Shown: piece after piece, positions 42,672-56,215 of the stretch
Layout of the letters: the number at the start of each line of letters is the position of its first letter
Position numbering within the stretch: the first letter of the stretch is position 1
Position numbers and translations under genes: made by a program
Origin: Cyanophora paradoxa CCMP329
Taxonomy: Eukaryota > Plantae > Glaucophyta
Reading direction: 5' to 3'
Assembly: GCA_004431415.1 (NCBI GenBank)
Contig: QPMI01000218.1
Location: 55,628 to 119,627 of the forward strand
DNA length: 64,000 nt
The notes under the pieces: generated by a model
The model's database searches: none
The model's input: the letters and a program-made list of their open reading frames with translations, nothing else
What the model was told of the DNA's origin: nothing

Positions 42672-44300
42672 ATGGCCTCCTCCTCGAAGCTTGAGCGGGC
42701 AAAGCGCGGGCGTGCCGAAGGTGCATTGCGAGGCGCAGATCGCGTAGCGCAGCCTCTGAATCGCCCCGCTCGAGCGCAGCCGGCGAGGCGGAACCGTACG
42801 CCGGCGAGGGTGGCGAGGAGGCGGAGCGCGCGCCTCTGAAGCGGAGGAAGCTGAAGGAGCGCGCCGGTGCGCACGCTACGCACGCGCGCCTCGAGCCGCG
42901 CGATCCCAACCGCATCCGCCGCAGCGACCCGATCCGCGTACTAGTACTGGGAGCCAGCAGCGGCGGCGGGCGCGAAGCGGACGCGAAGAGAATCTCTGCA
43001 GAGCGCCGGAACGAAGCAGAGCGGCGCGCGTACGGCGCGGCGTCAGAGAGCGCTTCCTGCGGACGCGGTGCCGGCGCCCGCGCCAGATCTAGACGAGCCG
43101 CCGGCCCGCCGGCGCGGCGGGAGGGGCGGCCGCGGGAGGCGCGCCGGTGCGCTCGCCGTCCGACTCCGCCGCGCGCCGTGACGCGACCGCAGGCCCCGCG
43201 ACGCGATCGGCGTACTGGCCCAACACCGGCGCGGCCGCCGCCGCCCGCGGGCCGCGAGCGCCGGCGGCGGGAGGCGGCGGCGGGCCGCGGGAAGCGACGC
43301 GCAGGAGGAGAGGGAACGCGGAGGAGGCGGAGGGGGCGGGGGCCGGCGCGCCGGGGCCGGCGGAGCAGCCTCCGGCTGCGGTACCGGTCGGCCCGCGGAC
43401 GCGGCGCCTCAGCATCGGGCTCGCGGGCACGCTCGGCGGGTCGAACGGCGGCAGCGGCGGCGGCGGCCCCGCCCTGCCCCGCCGCCGGCTCCGCGCCCCG
43501 GCCTCCTCGCTGGCCCCGCCGGCCGGCCCGAGCGGGTACCCCCCAGGAGCGGATCTGGCGGGACCCGTACAAGACGCTCGTGGCGCCGCTGCTCCTCAAC
43601 CGCACCCGCGGCGTCCAGGCACGCCCCGTTCCCCCCTGCCCACCCGTGTACCCCGGCCGACGGCTTGGGCGGGGCGGGGTACAGGTGCGGGCGGTGGTGT
43701 GGGTCCTCTTCGAGCGGTGGCCCACAGCCGCCGCGCTCGCCACAGCCGACGAGGCCCGTACCTCTCCTTGTCCCTGTACCCCCCTTCGACCCGTACCCCC
43801 TGACCGGGACGCAGGGGCGCTGCGCGAGCTCGTCACCCCCTCGGCCTCTACAACAAGCGCGCCAGGTACCCCACCCCCCGACCTGTACCCCCGCCCTCCC
43901 GAGCGCGGTACCCCCAGGACGCTGGTGCGGTTCGCGCGGGAGTTCCTCACGCTCCCCTGGACGGCCCCCTCCCAGCTCCACGGCGTCGGCAAGGCCCGTA
44001 CCCCCGGCTCGCCCCCACCCCCCCGGCTTCCGACGGGGGTACAGTACGCGGAGGACAGCTGGCGGATCTTCTGCCGCGGCGAGTGGCGCGAGGCGCGCCC
44101 CGAGGACCACATGCTCACCCACTACCACCGGTGCCCGTACCCCCCGCCCGGCCCCGTACCCCCCGCCCCGGGGCTGATGCGGGGCCAGGTGGCTCTGGGA
44201 GACGCGCGGAGGGGGCGGGCAGCCCGGCGCCTCCGATCGGGAGGGGGGCGGCGGGGCCGGGCTGGAGGCGGGCGGGGGGAGCGAGAGCAGGGCCTGAGGG
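42672..44300 (+). pseudogene. MBD4: MBD4-like copy 2, internally rearranged
   Basis: Paralog of 38998-40880; 43405-43509 is inverted and the exon encoding SPHGLIQ is missing. Confidence 0.75.
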
Positions 44301-44949
44301 GCGGCCCCGCGGGCCCCTCCCGCTCGGCTCTCGGCGCGGGCTTCTGTCTTCGGAACCAATTGCAAGCCGCTGCACCTGCGCACGCGGGCCGAGGGGCCGT
44401 GCAGGGTGGCGGGGCCCCGGGGGGCGAGGCATTCTTGAAGAGAATTGGTACCGGGTCCACGGGTGCAGATACGGGGTACGGGTGTGGTTCCCGCGGAAAA
44501 GAGAGATGGGGTAGGATGGCGGGGTTAGAAAAGAGAGATGGGGTACGGGTAGAGATGCATATGGGCTCCGATTCGCTCAGCCCGGCCCGGCGGCCTTCAA
44601 GCTGGCGGCTCTCCCCCGGGCACCGCGTCCCGTGCAAGGACAAAGCGCCAGCCCCGCAGCAGATGCAGCACCGCGGCGAGCCGGGGACCCGGGGGACAGC
44701 CGCAGCTCCTGCTAGCGCTTGCCCACCCGCTTGCTCTCGGGACCGGAGGCGGTTTCGGTCACAATGAAAACGAGGCATCTAGCTGCCAACTGCATAGTGC
44801 TCCGTCGGAGCGGGCAGCCTGACACCGGCAAGGCACGAACTGGAATAAGCACAAGCTCACGAAGGAGCGCCTGCTGCATACGCTCTGAAACCTGAAACGA
44901 CTGGAGAATAAGCTGACTGACTGACTGCTGTACATCGCCCCGCGGGGCG

Positions 44950-46456
44950 GAGGATCGACTGCTGCTGCCTCACATACGCACTGCCTGCTGCAAAGGATCG
45001 AGGGGAAAAGGCGGCCTGGGGCGCGGGCCTCGGGGCGGGGGTCAGGCCTGGGCGCCGGCGGCGTCGGGGGGCCCCGCCTCGCGCGTCCTGCGCCGCACGG
45101 CGAGGCACTGCGCGGGGCGTCAGGGGCGTCAGGGGCGGCGGGCCGGGGCGGGGCTGGGGCGCGGGGTCTCGCCTGGACGCGGACGCGCTTGCCGCCGACG
45201 CGCAGCGCCACGGGCCGCGGCAGGCCCGCCTCGCCCCCGCCCTCGCCCTCAGCCCCGGCCTCGGCCTCGCCGGCGCCGAGAGAGCGGCGGACGCCGCCGG
45301 CGAGGCGGGCGAGCTCGGTGGCGAGGGGGAGCGCCGAGGCCGTCGCCGCCTCGAAGGCGCGGGCGAGGGCGGGGACGCTGCTCCCGGCCTCGCACGCCAC
45401 GAGCTCCCGCAGGGACCCCTCCGCCTCCCCGCGGAACTCGCGCTCCAGCGCCCGCAGCAGGAACCACTTGACGAGCCCTGCGCGCCCCGCCCCGGGTCGG
45501 CGGGGGCGGGGAGCGCCCCCGCCCGCGCTGGCGCACCGCTCGCCCTGCACTCCGCCTGCGCCGCGGGCGGGCGTCAGGGCGGGGCGGGGCGGGGCGGGCG
45601 GGGCGGGACGGGACGGGACGGGCCAGAGAGTCGGCGCGGGCGGCGCGGCGGCGCTCGAAGGCGGCGCGGAGCTCAGGCTCGCGCGCGCCCACCGCCGCCC
45701 GCAGGTCCGCCTTCATCCGCTCGCTCTTCTCCCGCGCCGCCGCCTGGTACCTGCCCCGCCCCCGCCCTCGGCGCCGGGCGGGGGTGGCGGGGCGGGGCGG
45801 GGCGGACCCCTCGAAGACGTCGCGGGCGATGCCGGCGCCGCGGTACTTGGAGAGGTGCCGCAGCAGCAGCAGCTTCAGCGTCCGCCGGTAGATCTCCTCC
45901 CCCGCCGCCTCTGTTCCGCGCCGCGTTGTTAGCGGCGGCCCGGCGCTTGTTGGGCGAGGAGCAGGCGGCTGGGGCGTCGCGGAGGGTGACGGGCGCTTTA
46001 ACACGGACGCCGGCGACGGCATAAGCCCGGCGCAAAGGCGTGCGCCATCGCTGGGCCAACTGCAGATTGCAGGAAGGCCGGTTGCGGAGCACGTCGTGCG
46101 ACGGATGGCGCGGACACCCGGATCAACGCTCATGTGAAGAGAAAGAAGCTCTAGGGCGGTTTTCTAGCGGTGGGACCGCGAGGATAAACCGGCGGCTGCG
46201 AGACGCGTCGAAGAAACCCACGTAATCTTCGCGCTAGCTCGGCCGGGAGAACTCGGAGGAGGCCCATGCGCCTCAAATGGATGGAGACAGCCATGGGGCG
46301 TGTGCGGGAGCGCGGTACAGGCCCGGGCAGGCACCCACCGACGCTTTTCATCTGACGAGCTAGACAAGCGTCAAACGAGTCCGGTTGGAGCTGCTGCTGA
46401 ATTTCCAGCGATTGTTGGTGCGCTTCGGGCGGTGGCTGGGCTTCTGGCGGCTCCAT
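44950..46456 (-). CDS. Hypothetical multi-exon helical protein (boundaries approximate)
   Basis: Coding-like segments (EEIYRRTLKLLLLRHLSKY, GLVKWFLLRALEREF) separated by CCCCG-rich introns. Confidence 0.45.
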
Positions 46457-47000
46457 CGTGTCTGACCTGTACCCGGCCGAGTTAGCCGGGGGGACAAGCA
46501 GGCGGGGGTAGAGGGCGGGGATGGTTCGCTCCCCGCAGCAGCAGCGCATGCGCATGCTGCGCTGCCTGCGCATGCATGAGGCGCTCTGCGTGTACGCGCA
46601 CGTGTACGTGGCGCGGCGCTTGCCTTCAACCGGCTTCGCGTTCCAAGTTCGAACTCGCGCACCGGTGCGCTCACGCGAATCGCTTAGTCTTCGCGCATCG
46701 ATATCAGCCAAGCCGGTCGACATCAAGCGAGCCGCAGCAGCTCGCCCGTCTCGCCTCGGTGCGCGTCCCTTGAGCTTCCCCAGTCGACGCTGCGCGCTTC
46801 GTCGACATCTGACGCCGGAACGGCACAGCTCGGTCGGTTACCGTAACGTTAACGTTCGCTCGAACCTCGGACCATGTCGGCGCGCCGCATCCCCTCGCCG
46901 CGCGCGCGGCCGCGGCGCCGGCCGCGCCTGACGCGGGGCGGCAGCCGCAAGGGGACGCGCACGGGGCGGCGGAGGGCGGGGGCCCGGGGCCGGCTTCGTC

Positions 47001-50000
47001 ATGATGGCCGCCCAGACCGGTCCGCCCCCCGCGCCCCTCCTCCTCCCGCTGCTGCTGCTCCTCCTCCGACGCGTACGCGTACGGCGCCGGCGGGCGCAGT
47101 GCCGCAGGCGGCCGTGTGCGAGCTCGGCCCGGCCGTCCTCACCGGCGCGGTCCGTCGGGCCTCCGCTGCGCGCCCCCCGGGCCCGCCGGCCGCCGACGCG
47201 GGGCGCGGGCCGCGCGCAGGTGCCGGTGCCCGAGCGGGCGCCGGCCGTCGAGTGCCGCGACCTCCCCGCCGGTCCGCCCCGCCCGCCCCGCCCCGCCCGC
47301 GCCGCCCCGCGCCGCCCCGCCGCGGGCGACGGGGCGGGGCGCAGTGTGCGGGAACGGCGCGTGGGAGTACGGCGAGGCCTGCGACCTCGGCGCGTCCCCC
47401 GCCCCCCCCCCCCCCCCCCCCCCCACCCCCACCCCCCCACCCCCCCCCACCCCCCCCACCCCCCCCCGGCTGCCCGCCCCGCGCCCCTGACGCCCCCGCA
47501 GGCGACGCGAACGGCGACAAGTGCAGCGGATGCTCCGACGACTGCGCCCTCGTCGCCCCCGGTGCGCCCCGGGCCCGACCCCCTCGCCCCCTGTCTCTGA
47601 GCCCGCCCTCGCGCCCAGTCTGCGGGGACGGCTGCGTGGACGCCGGGGAGGCGTGGTGCGCCCCGGCCTCCGGCCCCGCCCTCTGCCGCGCCCCTCACCG
47701 CCGGCAGCGACGCGGGGGCGCTGAACGGGACGCCCGCCGCCGCCTGCACCGCCCGCTGCGCCCTCCCCGGTCCGCCCCGCCCCGCCCCGCCCCGCCCCGC
47801 CACGCGGTCCGACGGGGCGGGCGCGGCAGTGTGCGGGGACGGGCGGGCGGAGGCGGGGGAGGAGTGCGACCTCGGCCCCTCAACGGCGGCCCCGGCGCGC
47901 CCCCGGCCCCGCCCGCCGTGCTCCGCCGGCCCGCCCCTGAGGCGCCCGCGCGCAGGCCAGAAGTGCACGGCCGACTGCGAGACGCCGACCGTCTGCGGCT
48001 GCAACTGCGCCGACGGCGCCGCCCCCGCCGCGAGCCACGTCCGCCCGCCCCGCCCGCCCCGCGCTTCTTCGCGCCCCGACGCCCCCGCGCAGGCCGCCGG
48101 CGCCCGCCCCGCCTACGCTGCCGGCGGCGGCGTAGCCCCGGGCCCCGCGGAGGGCGCCGCCGCCCCGCCGCCGCCTCCGTCGGCGTCTTCAAGGTGCGCG
48201 GCCGCCGGCCCCGCGCGCCGGCCCCGCCCGCCGCGTCCACCCACGCGGCGGGTCGCAGAGCTCCGCGCACGCCGCCCTCGCCGCCGTCAGCCCCGTCGCC
48301 TCCCACGACCACCACGGCGACGGCGACGCGGTGCAGCGGGGGCGGGGCGGGGCGGGGCGGGGCGGGGCCGCCCCTGACTGCGCCGCCGCAGGCCGCCGGG
48401 GCCGCCGGGGCCGCCGGCGCCACCGCGGGCTCGGGCCCCGCCGCGTCTGCCCCGGGCGCCGCTCTCTCTCTGCCAAGGGCTCGCCGGGCCCGGCCCCCCG
48501 GGGCCCGCCGCGGCCGCCTCCGAGGCCGCCGCCACCCCGCCCCCGCCGCGGGGCCGGGGCGGCGGAGGAGGCCGCGGACCCCTCCGGCGATCGCGAGGAG
48601 GCGGACGCGGCGGGGGATGCCGCCGAGGGGCTGTCCCCGGCCCCGAGGAGGACTCTGCCGACGAGGAGGACGACGAGGAGGAGGACGACGACGAGGCCGC
48701 CCCCCCGCCCCCTCCGGCGCCGAGTAGGCCGAGGAGGAGAAAGAGGAGGCGACGCCGGCGGGGGCCGCGGGCCCCGAGCTCGAGGAGGGCGCCCCTCCCC
48801 CGCCCCCGGGGCCCCCGGGGCGGCCCCCGCCGGCTCGGTGGACCTGCTCGTGGCCGGCGCCCCCGCCCCTCCCTCGAGGCCCTCCCCGCCTTCTCGGGGG
48901 CGCGGGCCCCGCGGGGCCGAGGGGGACGCCGCCGGCTCCTACAGCCACCTCGAGTGCAGCGCCGGCGGTGCCCCGCCCCCGCCCCGCCCCGCCCCGCCCC
49001 GCCCCCGCCCCCCGCGACGCCGGCGGGGCAGGGTTGCCGCGCCTCTGGCGCCCCGCGAGCGCGGGCGACGGCGACTTCGGCTACGGCGCCGCCGCGCCGA
49101 GCGCCCCGGGCGCCGGTCCGCCCCGGCCCGCCCTCTCCTCCGCCCCGCCCCGCGCCCCTCACGGCGCGGCGGGGCGCTGCCGGCCCTCGCCGACGTCCCC
49201 CCCCCGCCCCGCCCCGCCGACGGGGGCGCAGGCGGCGCTCTTCCCCGCGAGCCTCCGCCTCGGGGCGGGGCGCAGACCGTCGCCGAGGAGGGGGGGAGCC
49301 CGGGCCCGACGCTCCCCGCCCCCGCCCCACGCCCCCGCCCCCGACCCCGACCCGACCCCGACGCGGGGCGGGCGGGGGCCCCGGGGCAGGGGTCGCGGAG
49401 GTCAGCTTCGAGCGGGCGAGCCTGCCGCTGGGCGAGGCCTTCGCCGCCGCGGTTCCCGCCGCCGCCCCGCTGAGCGCATCCGCCCCAGCGCCCTCGAGCA
49501 GGTCGGTCGCCGTGCGCGCCGCGGGGGCCGCCGAGGCCGTCGGCGCCGTCGCCCCCGCCCAGCACGTCGACGTCCTCGGTGCCCCCGGCCCCCGGCGCCC
49601 CTCCCCCTCCGACCCGCGGCCGACCGCGACCGGGCGGGGCGCAGTGCCGGCGGCGGAGGTGAGCGTCGGGGAGGTGGCGGGGAGCAGCGCGTGCCGGTCG
49701 CCCCCGCGCAGGTGCGGATCTCGCCGGAGCCGCAGGAGCTCTACGTCCAGATCCCCGAGGGGCCCTCCGTCGGTCCTCCCCGCCCCGCCCCCGCCCCCGC
49801 CCCGTCCCCGAGCCTCCAGCGGAGCCGGCCCCGACCCGACGGTCTCGAGCTCACCGCCGCCGGCGCCGGCGCCGCCGCCGCAGCGAACGTGCCGATGCAG
49901 CCGGTGCTCGTGAGCGTGCCGGAGTACCCCGTGCACGTCGACGCGCCGGCGGGCCCGATCCGCGTGGAGGTCCCGGCCCCGGCCGTCGACGTCAGCCTCC

Positions 50001-50057
50001 CGGCGCCCCGCGTCGCCGTCCACCTGCCCCAGGACCCCATCGCCATCACCATGCCGT

Positions 50058-50091
<34 letters not shown>

Positions 50092-50650
50092 GCGCGCGAC
50101 CGGCCTCCGGCGCGCGCGCCCCGGCGCCGCAGGGAGATCCCCGTCAGCGTGTCGATCCCGGAGGTGGCGGTCGACGTCGACGCGCCGGCGACGCAGATCA
50201 GCGCGGCCGCGCCCCAGCAGACCGTCTTCATCGAGGCGCGCCCCCGGCCCGCGGCCCCCGGCCCGCGCCCTGACGCGTGGCGCCGCGGCCCGCCTGCACA
50301 GGCCTCGGAGGTGGCGGTGACGCTGGACGAGCCGGCGGCGCCCCTCGTCGTGCGCGTCGTGCGCGGGCAGCCGCCCCAGCTCTGCCAGAACGAGATCCGC
50401 CCCAGGTGCGCCCCCCGCCCGCCCCGCCCGCCCCGCCGGCCCCGGCGCTGAGCGGGCCCGGCAGCCGGAGGAGTGCGCGGCGCGGCGGCTGGAGGAGGCG
50501 CTGCAGGAGCTCTCCCTCGAGCTCGCCCCGGAGGCCCTCGAGGGGGAGGCCGCCTGGGCCGCCTGGGGCGCCCTCGAGGAGCCCGAGCCGTGGCTCGCGG
50601 GGGAGGGGCCCGAGCTCGACGGGGAGCCCGGCGTCGCCGCCTGGATCTGA
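47001..50650 (+). CDS. Secreted protein with CGNG/CGDG-x4-GE-x-CD Cys-rich repeats and a Val/Pro-rich C-terminal region, multi-exon (may be two genes)
   Basis: Signal peptide LLLPLLLLLL; CGNGAWEYGEACDLG, CGDGCVDAGE, CGDGRAEAGEECDLG; VPEYPVHVDAPAGPIRVEVPAPAVDVSLP. Confidence 0.6.
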
Positions 50651-53600
50651 CCCCGCCCCGCCGGCCTCCCGTCGGGTCGGATCGGATCCAAGCCCGCACC
50701 AATCCGAGCCTCGGAGCGGATCCCAGCGGGCGCACCGTGGCGCCCCCCGCCGCCCGGGTCGGATCGCTCTCAGAGAGACAGGAGTAGATGCAAAGCAGTC
50801 GTCATTGCTCGCGATCGACTCGGCGAGCGTTTTTGTTAATTTCGATGTGCTACTGTGGCCGGGCCAGCGCGTCCTCCGGTGCCTCTTTACTAGTTTAGTT
50901 TTGCCGCGCGCACTCGCGCCTGGCGGCCGTCGCGGCTTGCAATTGCTGCCTGCGTCCTTCAATTCGAGGATGCGGCCCGGCGGAGCTGCTGATCATGATC
51001 ATGAGCTCGAGCTGAATTTAAAGCCGAAGCCAATCAATATTGCAGTTGCGAATTACCGTCGGGACTGCAGACTGCAGTGCAGTCTCGCAAAATCGAATTA
51101 AAACATGAATCTAAAGCGTGCAGCCTCCGAGGCTCAGGCGCCCCGCCGGGGCTAGACATACTGTGATAGCTCCGATCCGATCCGATCGATATCGCGACCG
51201 ACCGGCGGTGCCGCGCGCGCGCGCAAGAGGAGGACTTCGCGGACGCCGACCTCGCCGCCTGCTAGGCCCCGGCCCCCGCCGGCGGCCGCTCGGCTTTCCC
51301 GAGGCCGGGCCCGCCGGTCCGCTGCGGCCGCTTCGAAATTCGGGGATAGCCCCCAACATGTACACGTCGACACGCTGAAATTGAACAGGCGCCAGCGGAT
51401 GACGGGCAAGCTGAAGGCCGCGCGGGGGAATTCGAAGCGCTTGCCATCGCATTCTAAATTAAACAGAGCGATTGCAACGATCGCAAAAGGCTGCGAAAAT
51501 GGAGGCCGGTGCTGCAGATTTCGAAAGCGACGTACGCGTAGACTGCGAAAATAGCGGCGAAAACGGCGCACTCTGGAGGGGGGCGCGCGCGCCCGGCTGC
51601 GGGCCGGCTACAGGGGGCCGGCGGGGGCGCAGCGGGCTGCGTGGGCGCGGCGGAGGCGGAGGAGGGGCGCGGAGGGCGGCGGCGGCGGGCGGCCCGGCCT
51701 CCTCCGCGAGCAGCTCGACCTGCGCGGGGGCGGCGGCGGTCAGGGCCCCGCGGCCGGCCCCGGCGGGCGGGGCGGGGGCGGGGGCGGGGGCGGGCCTCGG
51801 GGTCGAGGCTCGCGAGGAGCGCCCCAGCGCGTCCCCAGCGCCGCCCCCGCCCCCGCCCCCTCCTCGCGCAGCTTCTCGAGCAGGGGCGCCCGCAGCGCGC
51901 CCGCCGGCAGCAGCAGCAGCGCGCGCCCCGTCAGCCACAGCCGCCCCAGCACCCGCCGCCTGCCGACGGGACCTCGGAGGGCGCAGGCGCGACTCCGAAG
52001 CGGCGCGGGGCGCGCACGCGGCGGACTCGAGGGGCCGCCCCGCGAGGCCGAAGCGGCGGACGAGCCACTCGACGACGTCGGGCGGCTGCCAGCCGAGCAC
52101 CTGCCGGGGCGACGCGTCAGAGGGTTCGGAAGCTCGAGCTTCAAGCTCATGAGTCATGACCAAGGGCGCTGCATGAGGGTGCTGCGAGCTCAAGGGGAAG
52201 GGCGCGCCGATCGAGGGTCGGGAGCATGCGCAGCGGCCGCGGGCGGCGGCGGCGGCGGTGGTGGTGCACGTGGCGGCGGCGGCGCCTCGTGGCGGGCGCG
52301 CCGGGAGCTCGAGCGCGAGCTCGAGCGGTCAACTGCAAGGGAAACCCCGGCGGGCGCCGGCTCCGGCCCCGCGGGCATGCGCAGCTCCCCGCCCCCTGCA
52401 GCCTTCTTCCTCGCGATCTTCTTTCCGGCTCGCGATCGCGAGGCGTCGGCGTCGCCGCGGTCGTCGCTGGCGGGCGCGGCCGCAGGATCGATATCGTGAC
52501 TCCGCCTCTTGGGCTCCTTCTTTCCCTTCTTCGCCGGCCGCTCTTCTGCATCTGGATCGTCATCGGCGCGTTCTTCGCCGGCCACGCCTGCCGGGGCGCC
52601 GGCGCCGGCGGCGCGGGCCCGCCTGCGGCCGCCCTCGCGATCGTCGTTTTGGCTGGCCGCCCCGGGCCCGGTCCCGGGCCCGCCCGCGTCGACGTCGACG
52701 TCGGCTCGCGGTGGAGCTCGACCTCCGCGCCCCCCCGCGCATGCGGCTCGAGCTCCTCATCGCACTCTTCTGCATCGCGATCGTCTGGATCTCCGAGCTG
52801 CAAAAAGTCACTGCACGTCATCGCCCTGCAATCGGGGGCTCGCGACCGCGCTCGGGCCCGCGATCGATATCGGGGCCGAGCGCGAGCGTGGGTGGGGCGG
52901 GGGCGGGGCACCCCGAGGGCGGCGGCGACGAAGGCGACGGTGCGCCGCACGGCCGGCCCCGCCTCCCCCACCTCCCCGTCCGGGGGCCCCGCGAAGCGCC
53001 ACGGCTCGCCCCTGTACCACCCCTCCCCCGCGTACTCTGCCCCCGGCCCGGCCCGCTAAGCGCAGCCCGGAGCGCGCGACCGGCCGCGGGAGCGCGCCGC
53101 ACCCTCGGGGGGGAAGTGGAGGAGGGGGAGGAGGCCGTGGCGGCGGAGCCCGCGGGGCCCGAACCAGGCGAGGATGCAGCGGTCGCGGAAGCGCATCGCC
53201 GCCTCCGCCGATGCCAGCGCGGGGGAGAGGACCTGCGGGGGCCCGGCCCGTGAGACAAGGCCGCGACGCACAGGGGCTCGACCCTATATGGCCTAAGCCT
53301 GGGCGCGGGCCGGGCGGCGCGCCTTCTCGTCCCCGAGGAGGAAGGCGGCGTATACGTAGAAGCGGCCCCGCCGCTCCCGCACCGACTCGGAGCGGCAGCC
53401 GGGGACCACCTTCGTTGCGATCAATTGCAGTGATCGAGCAAAGGTTCGAACGTCTTATAAAATTACCCGGCCACGCTTGAGCAGGTTGTTCCAGCGCCTC
53501 TAGATCTCTAGATCTTGATCCGCATTAATATTCAGAAATAGGATGCACGAAGAAATATCTCGTGCGAGAAAACATGTACACGCGCACCCGTGCACATGCC

Positions 53601-55991
53601 CTTGTCGACAGCCTTGTCGACGTCCTGAATTTCTGCGGATCCTTGCGCGAGGGGCGGGGGTCGCGATGGCGACCGATGGCGACCGTGATCAGACCCCCTC
53701 TGCGATCCGGTCCGATGCCATATGATGGTGGCTTGGCTCACCAGGCCTATAGCTAGGGCGGGCGGCTTCCTCGGGCTCGCCCTCCGGGCCCGGGTCCGAG
53801 TCCTCTTGGTCTGATTCGAATTCCGGATCCGATGATCGAGATCTTGCTCCGCACGTGCACGTGCACTCGCCGGCCCTGCAATCTGCAGCGTCATGATCAC
53901 ACGTTTGTGTGAGCGACATGAATGTGCATGTCAATGCATGTTTTGAAGTGGAATTCGAATGTACACGCAGAATATTGAGACTTAGAATTCGAAGCGGTGT
54001 CGGAGTCGGCGGCCTCTTCATCCTCGCGATCGCCATCGTCCTCCTCGAGCTCGCGATCGAGCTCGTCCTCCTCGAGCTCGTCGATCCCGAATTCGCCCCG
54101 CAGATCTAGAGCTCGAGGCGCCTGCCGACTTTGCCGGCGCCGTTTGCCAGTCTGAAGTGCACGTGGAGCCGGCGTTGAAATGTCGTTTCAAACACAGCCG
54201 GCGCGTGAACAAACAACGGGGCGCACGAGCTTCTGGTACTCCCCTCGGTTCCCGAGGAATTCGCAAATTGCTTCGCGGGGGTTCGAGGCTGCTTCGATGT
54301 ACCCGTTGAGCTTTCCGTCTTGCAGGTCGACGAAGAACGGCTCGTTCTTGAAACCTGGAATCCGCGGTCGATTGAAATTATTCCGGAAATGCAAAGGACG
54401 GATTTTTTAAGAATACTATTCGAATTCCGGAATTGTTTTATCCGATCAGAGGTGCCGGACGGGTCGAAATTGAGCTGAGCGTCCTGCGCGCGCTGCGGGG
54501 AGGGCGTACATGTGCCCTCGCGCTCGTCGAGCCGCTGGCGGCAGAGGGTCGCGGAACTCGGTCGCGGAACGTCAACCGCGCCGCCTCCCGAGAAGAAGCG
54601 CAGAACGCATCGTCGATGTCACTGAGTCACGTGCACTCTCATCGCCTTGCGCATGACGATCTCGATCACCTGAGCATCCCAAGAAGATGCAGAAGAGAAG
54701 TCGAGACTCCGCCAGCAGAACTTTCCGCGCCACAAGCCTTCCTCGAAGCGGGAGACTCCGCGGAAGCCCGCGGCCGATGCCTCCCTGGCTCGACGTCGAA
54801 CTCGAGGAATCCGCGCATTAAAAAATTTGAATTCGCCACTTTGTGCTTGCGAAAAAGCGAATAAGAAACTTTTGAAAGGACCTCTTGTAAGGCGGAGACT
54901 CGGCCGGAGTCCTCGTGTCGCTTTAGAAAAGCGAACTTCGGAAGACGTGATTGTGGATATCTTCGTGATCGATTGGATCGAGCTCGCCCCTCTGAAGGGC
55001 GGCATAAAACTCCTCCCCTCGTATTCTGCGTTGATCCAAATTCAGTCGTAGCTATAGACTCTTTCCTTATGTATTCATAAATTCGCGTATTTCAAACGCA
55101 CCAGAACGAGGGTAATTTAGAATACCATCTGAAAGACGAGGTGACCACCCAGTCCTAGCGTCGATGTGATCGCAAATGATAGCGAGGCGGTCCCGTTTCT
55201 TGATGGCGTCCTGTCCGCGATTTAGAGTAACCCAGATTCAGATACGTGAACACCGCTCACATCTTTTGCTGGAAGACCTGCAGTCGAAATCTGTGCGAAA
55301 TTATCTCAAGCTTAAGGTAGCGATCCAATGCTAGATCGAGATCAACGTCGCACCTGGCGCCCGCGCCAGCGGAAGGTGCTGTAATACTTTTGACACTGCT
55401 TCCGGACTCCAATTACTCCACCAGGATCCCTCGGACTCGAACGATGTGGCCAGCTGTCTTGCGGGACGGTGCCGGATCCGGAGGCCTTGCGCGCCGACGG
55501 CGTGAGCGGCGGTGTACATGTGCGACTGCCGCTGGCGGGGCGCGCGGCCGGCGGCGTCCGACGGTCCCTCGCGGAGAGGAGGTCGAGCCCGCCGCCCGCC
55601 GCGCCCCGCCGCCCCCGCCAGGGGCGCGAGCGGCGCGACGTTCGGGAGGGGCGCCAGGCGCACTCCGCCACGAGCCGGGGGGGAGGTCGCCGGGGCGGGG
55701 GGCCGGGGCGGGCGGGGCGCCTGCAGCGCGCCCGCCGACGCGGCGCGGCCTCCGCGTCGGCGTCGCTGCAGCCGCGGGCGCGGCGAGGAGCCTAAGAGGT
55801 CTCCGGAGGGGCCCCGCCCCGCACCACTCCGCCCGCAGCCGCAGAGCAGCGTCCCCCGGGGCCCGCCGGCGCGGGGGCCCTCGGTTTTTTTTTGCAAAAA
55901 TGGACGTCGCATTGATACAACACGGCACATGTATCAATGTTCTACGCGACGTGCCCTTCCGACCGGTCATCTATCTAGCCGAAGGTGCTAG

Positions 55992-56215
55992 CTAGGTGCC
56001 GGCCATGGGTCGCTCAATATGGGAGGTTCGCCTGAGTGGGGGAGCCATGGTTTTCGGTGATGGCCGTAACCAGACCCGCGCGCCCACCCCTTGATCAACT
56101 CCTCCATCCCTCATGAGCCCTGGAAGTGAAATGTCTCGCAGTCCTCCGCCCTCCCTTGCCGCCGCTCCGCCCCCCCGCCCGTAAGAGTCTGCTAGACCCC
56201 TAAAAAAACGATTAG
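55992..56215 (+). mobile_element. SINE-like or truncated retro-insertion sharing its 37-bp 3' tail with the LINE at 60145 (5' boundary uncertain)
   Basis: 56179-56215 is the exact reverse complement of 60145-60181. Confidence 0.55.

Noticed and set aside
51450-55350. Possible additional host genes (acidic/basic segments near 52200-52800 and 53950-54400)
   Set aside because: Coding-like fragments but no recognisable family or defensible exon structure
55996-56090. tRNA-derived head or HDV-like ribozyme in the SINE-like element
   Set aside because: Weak A-box resemblance only; no proper B-box, cloverleaf or HDV double pseudoknot could be built
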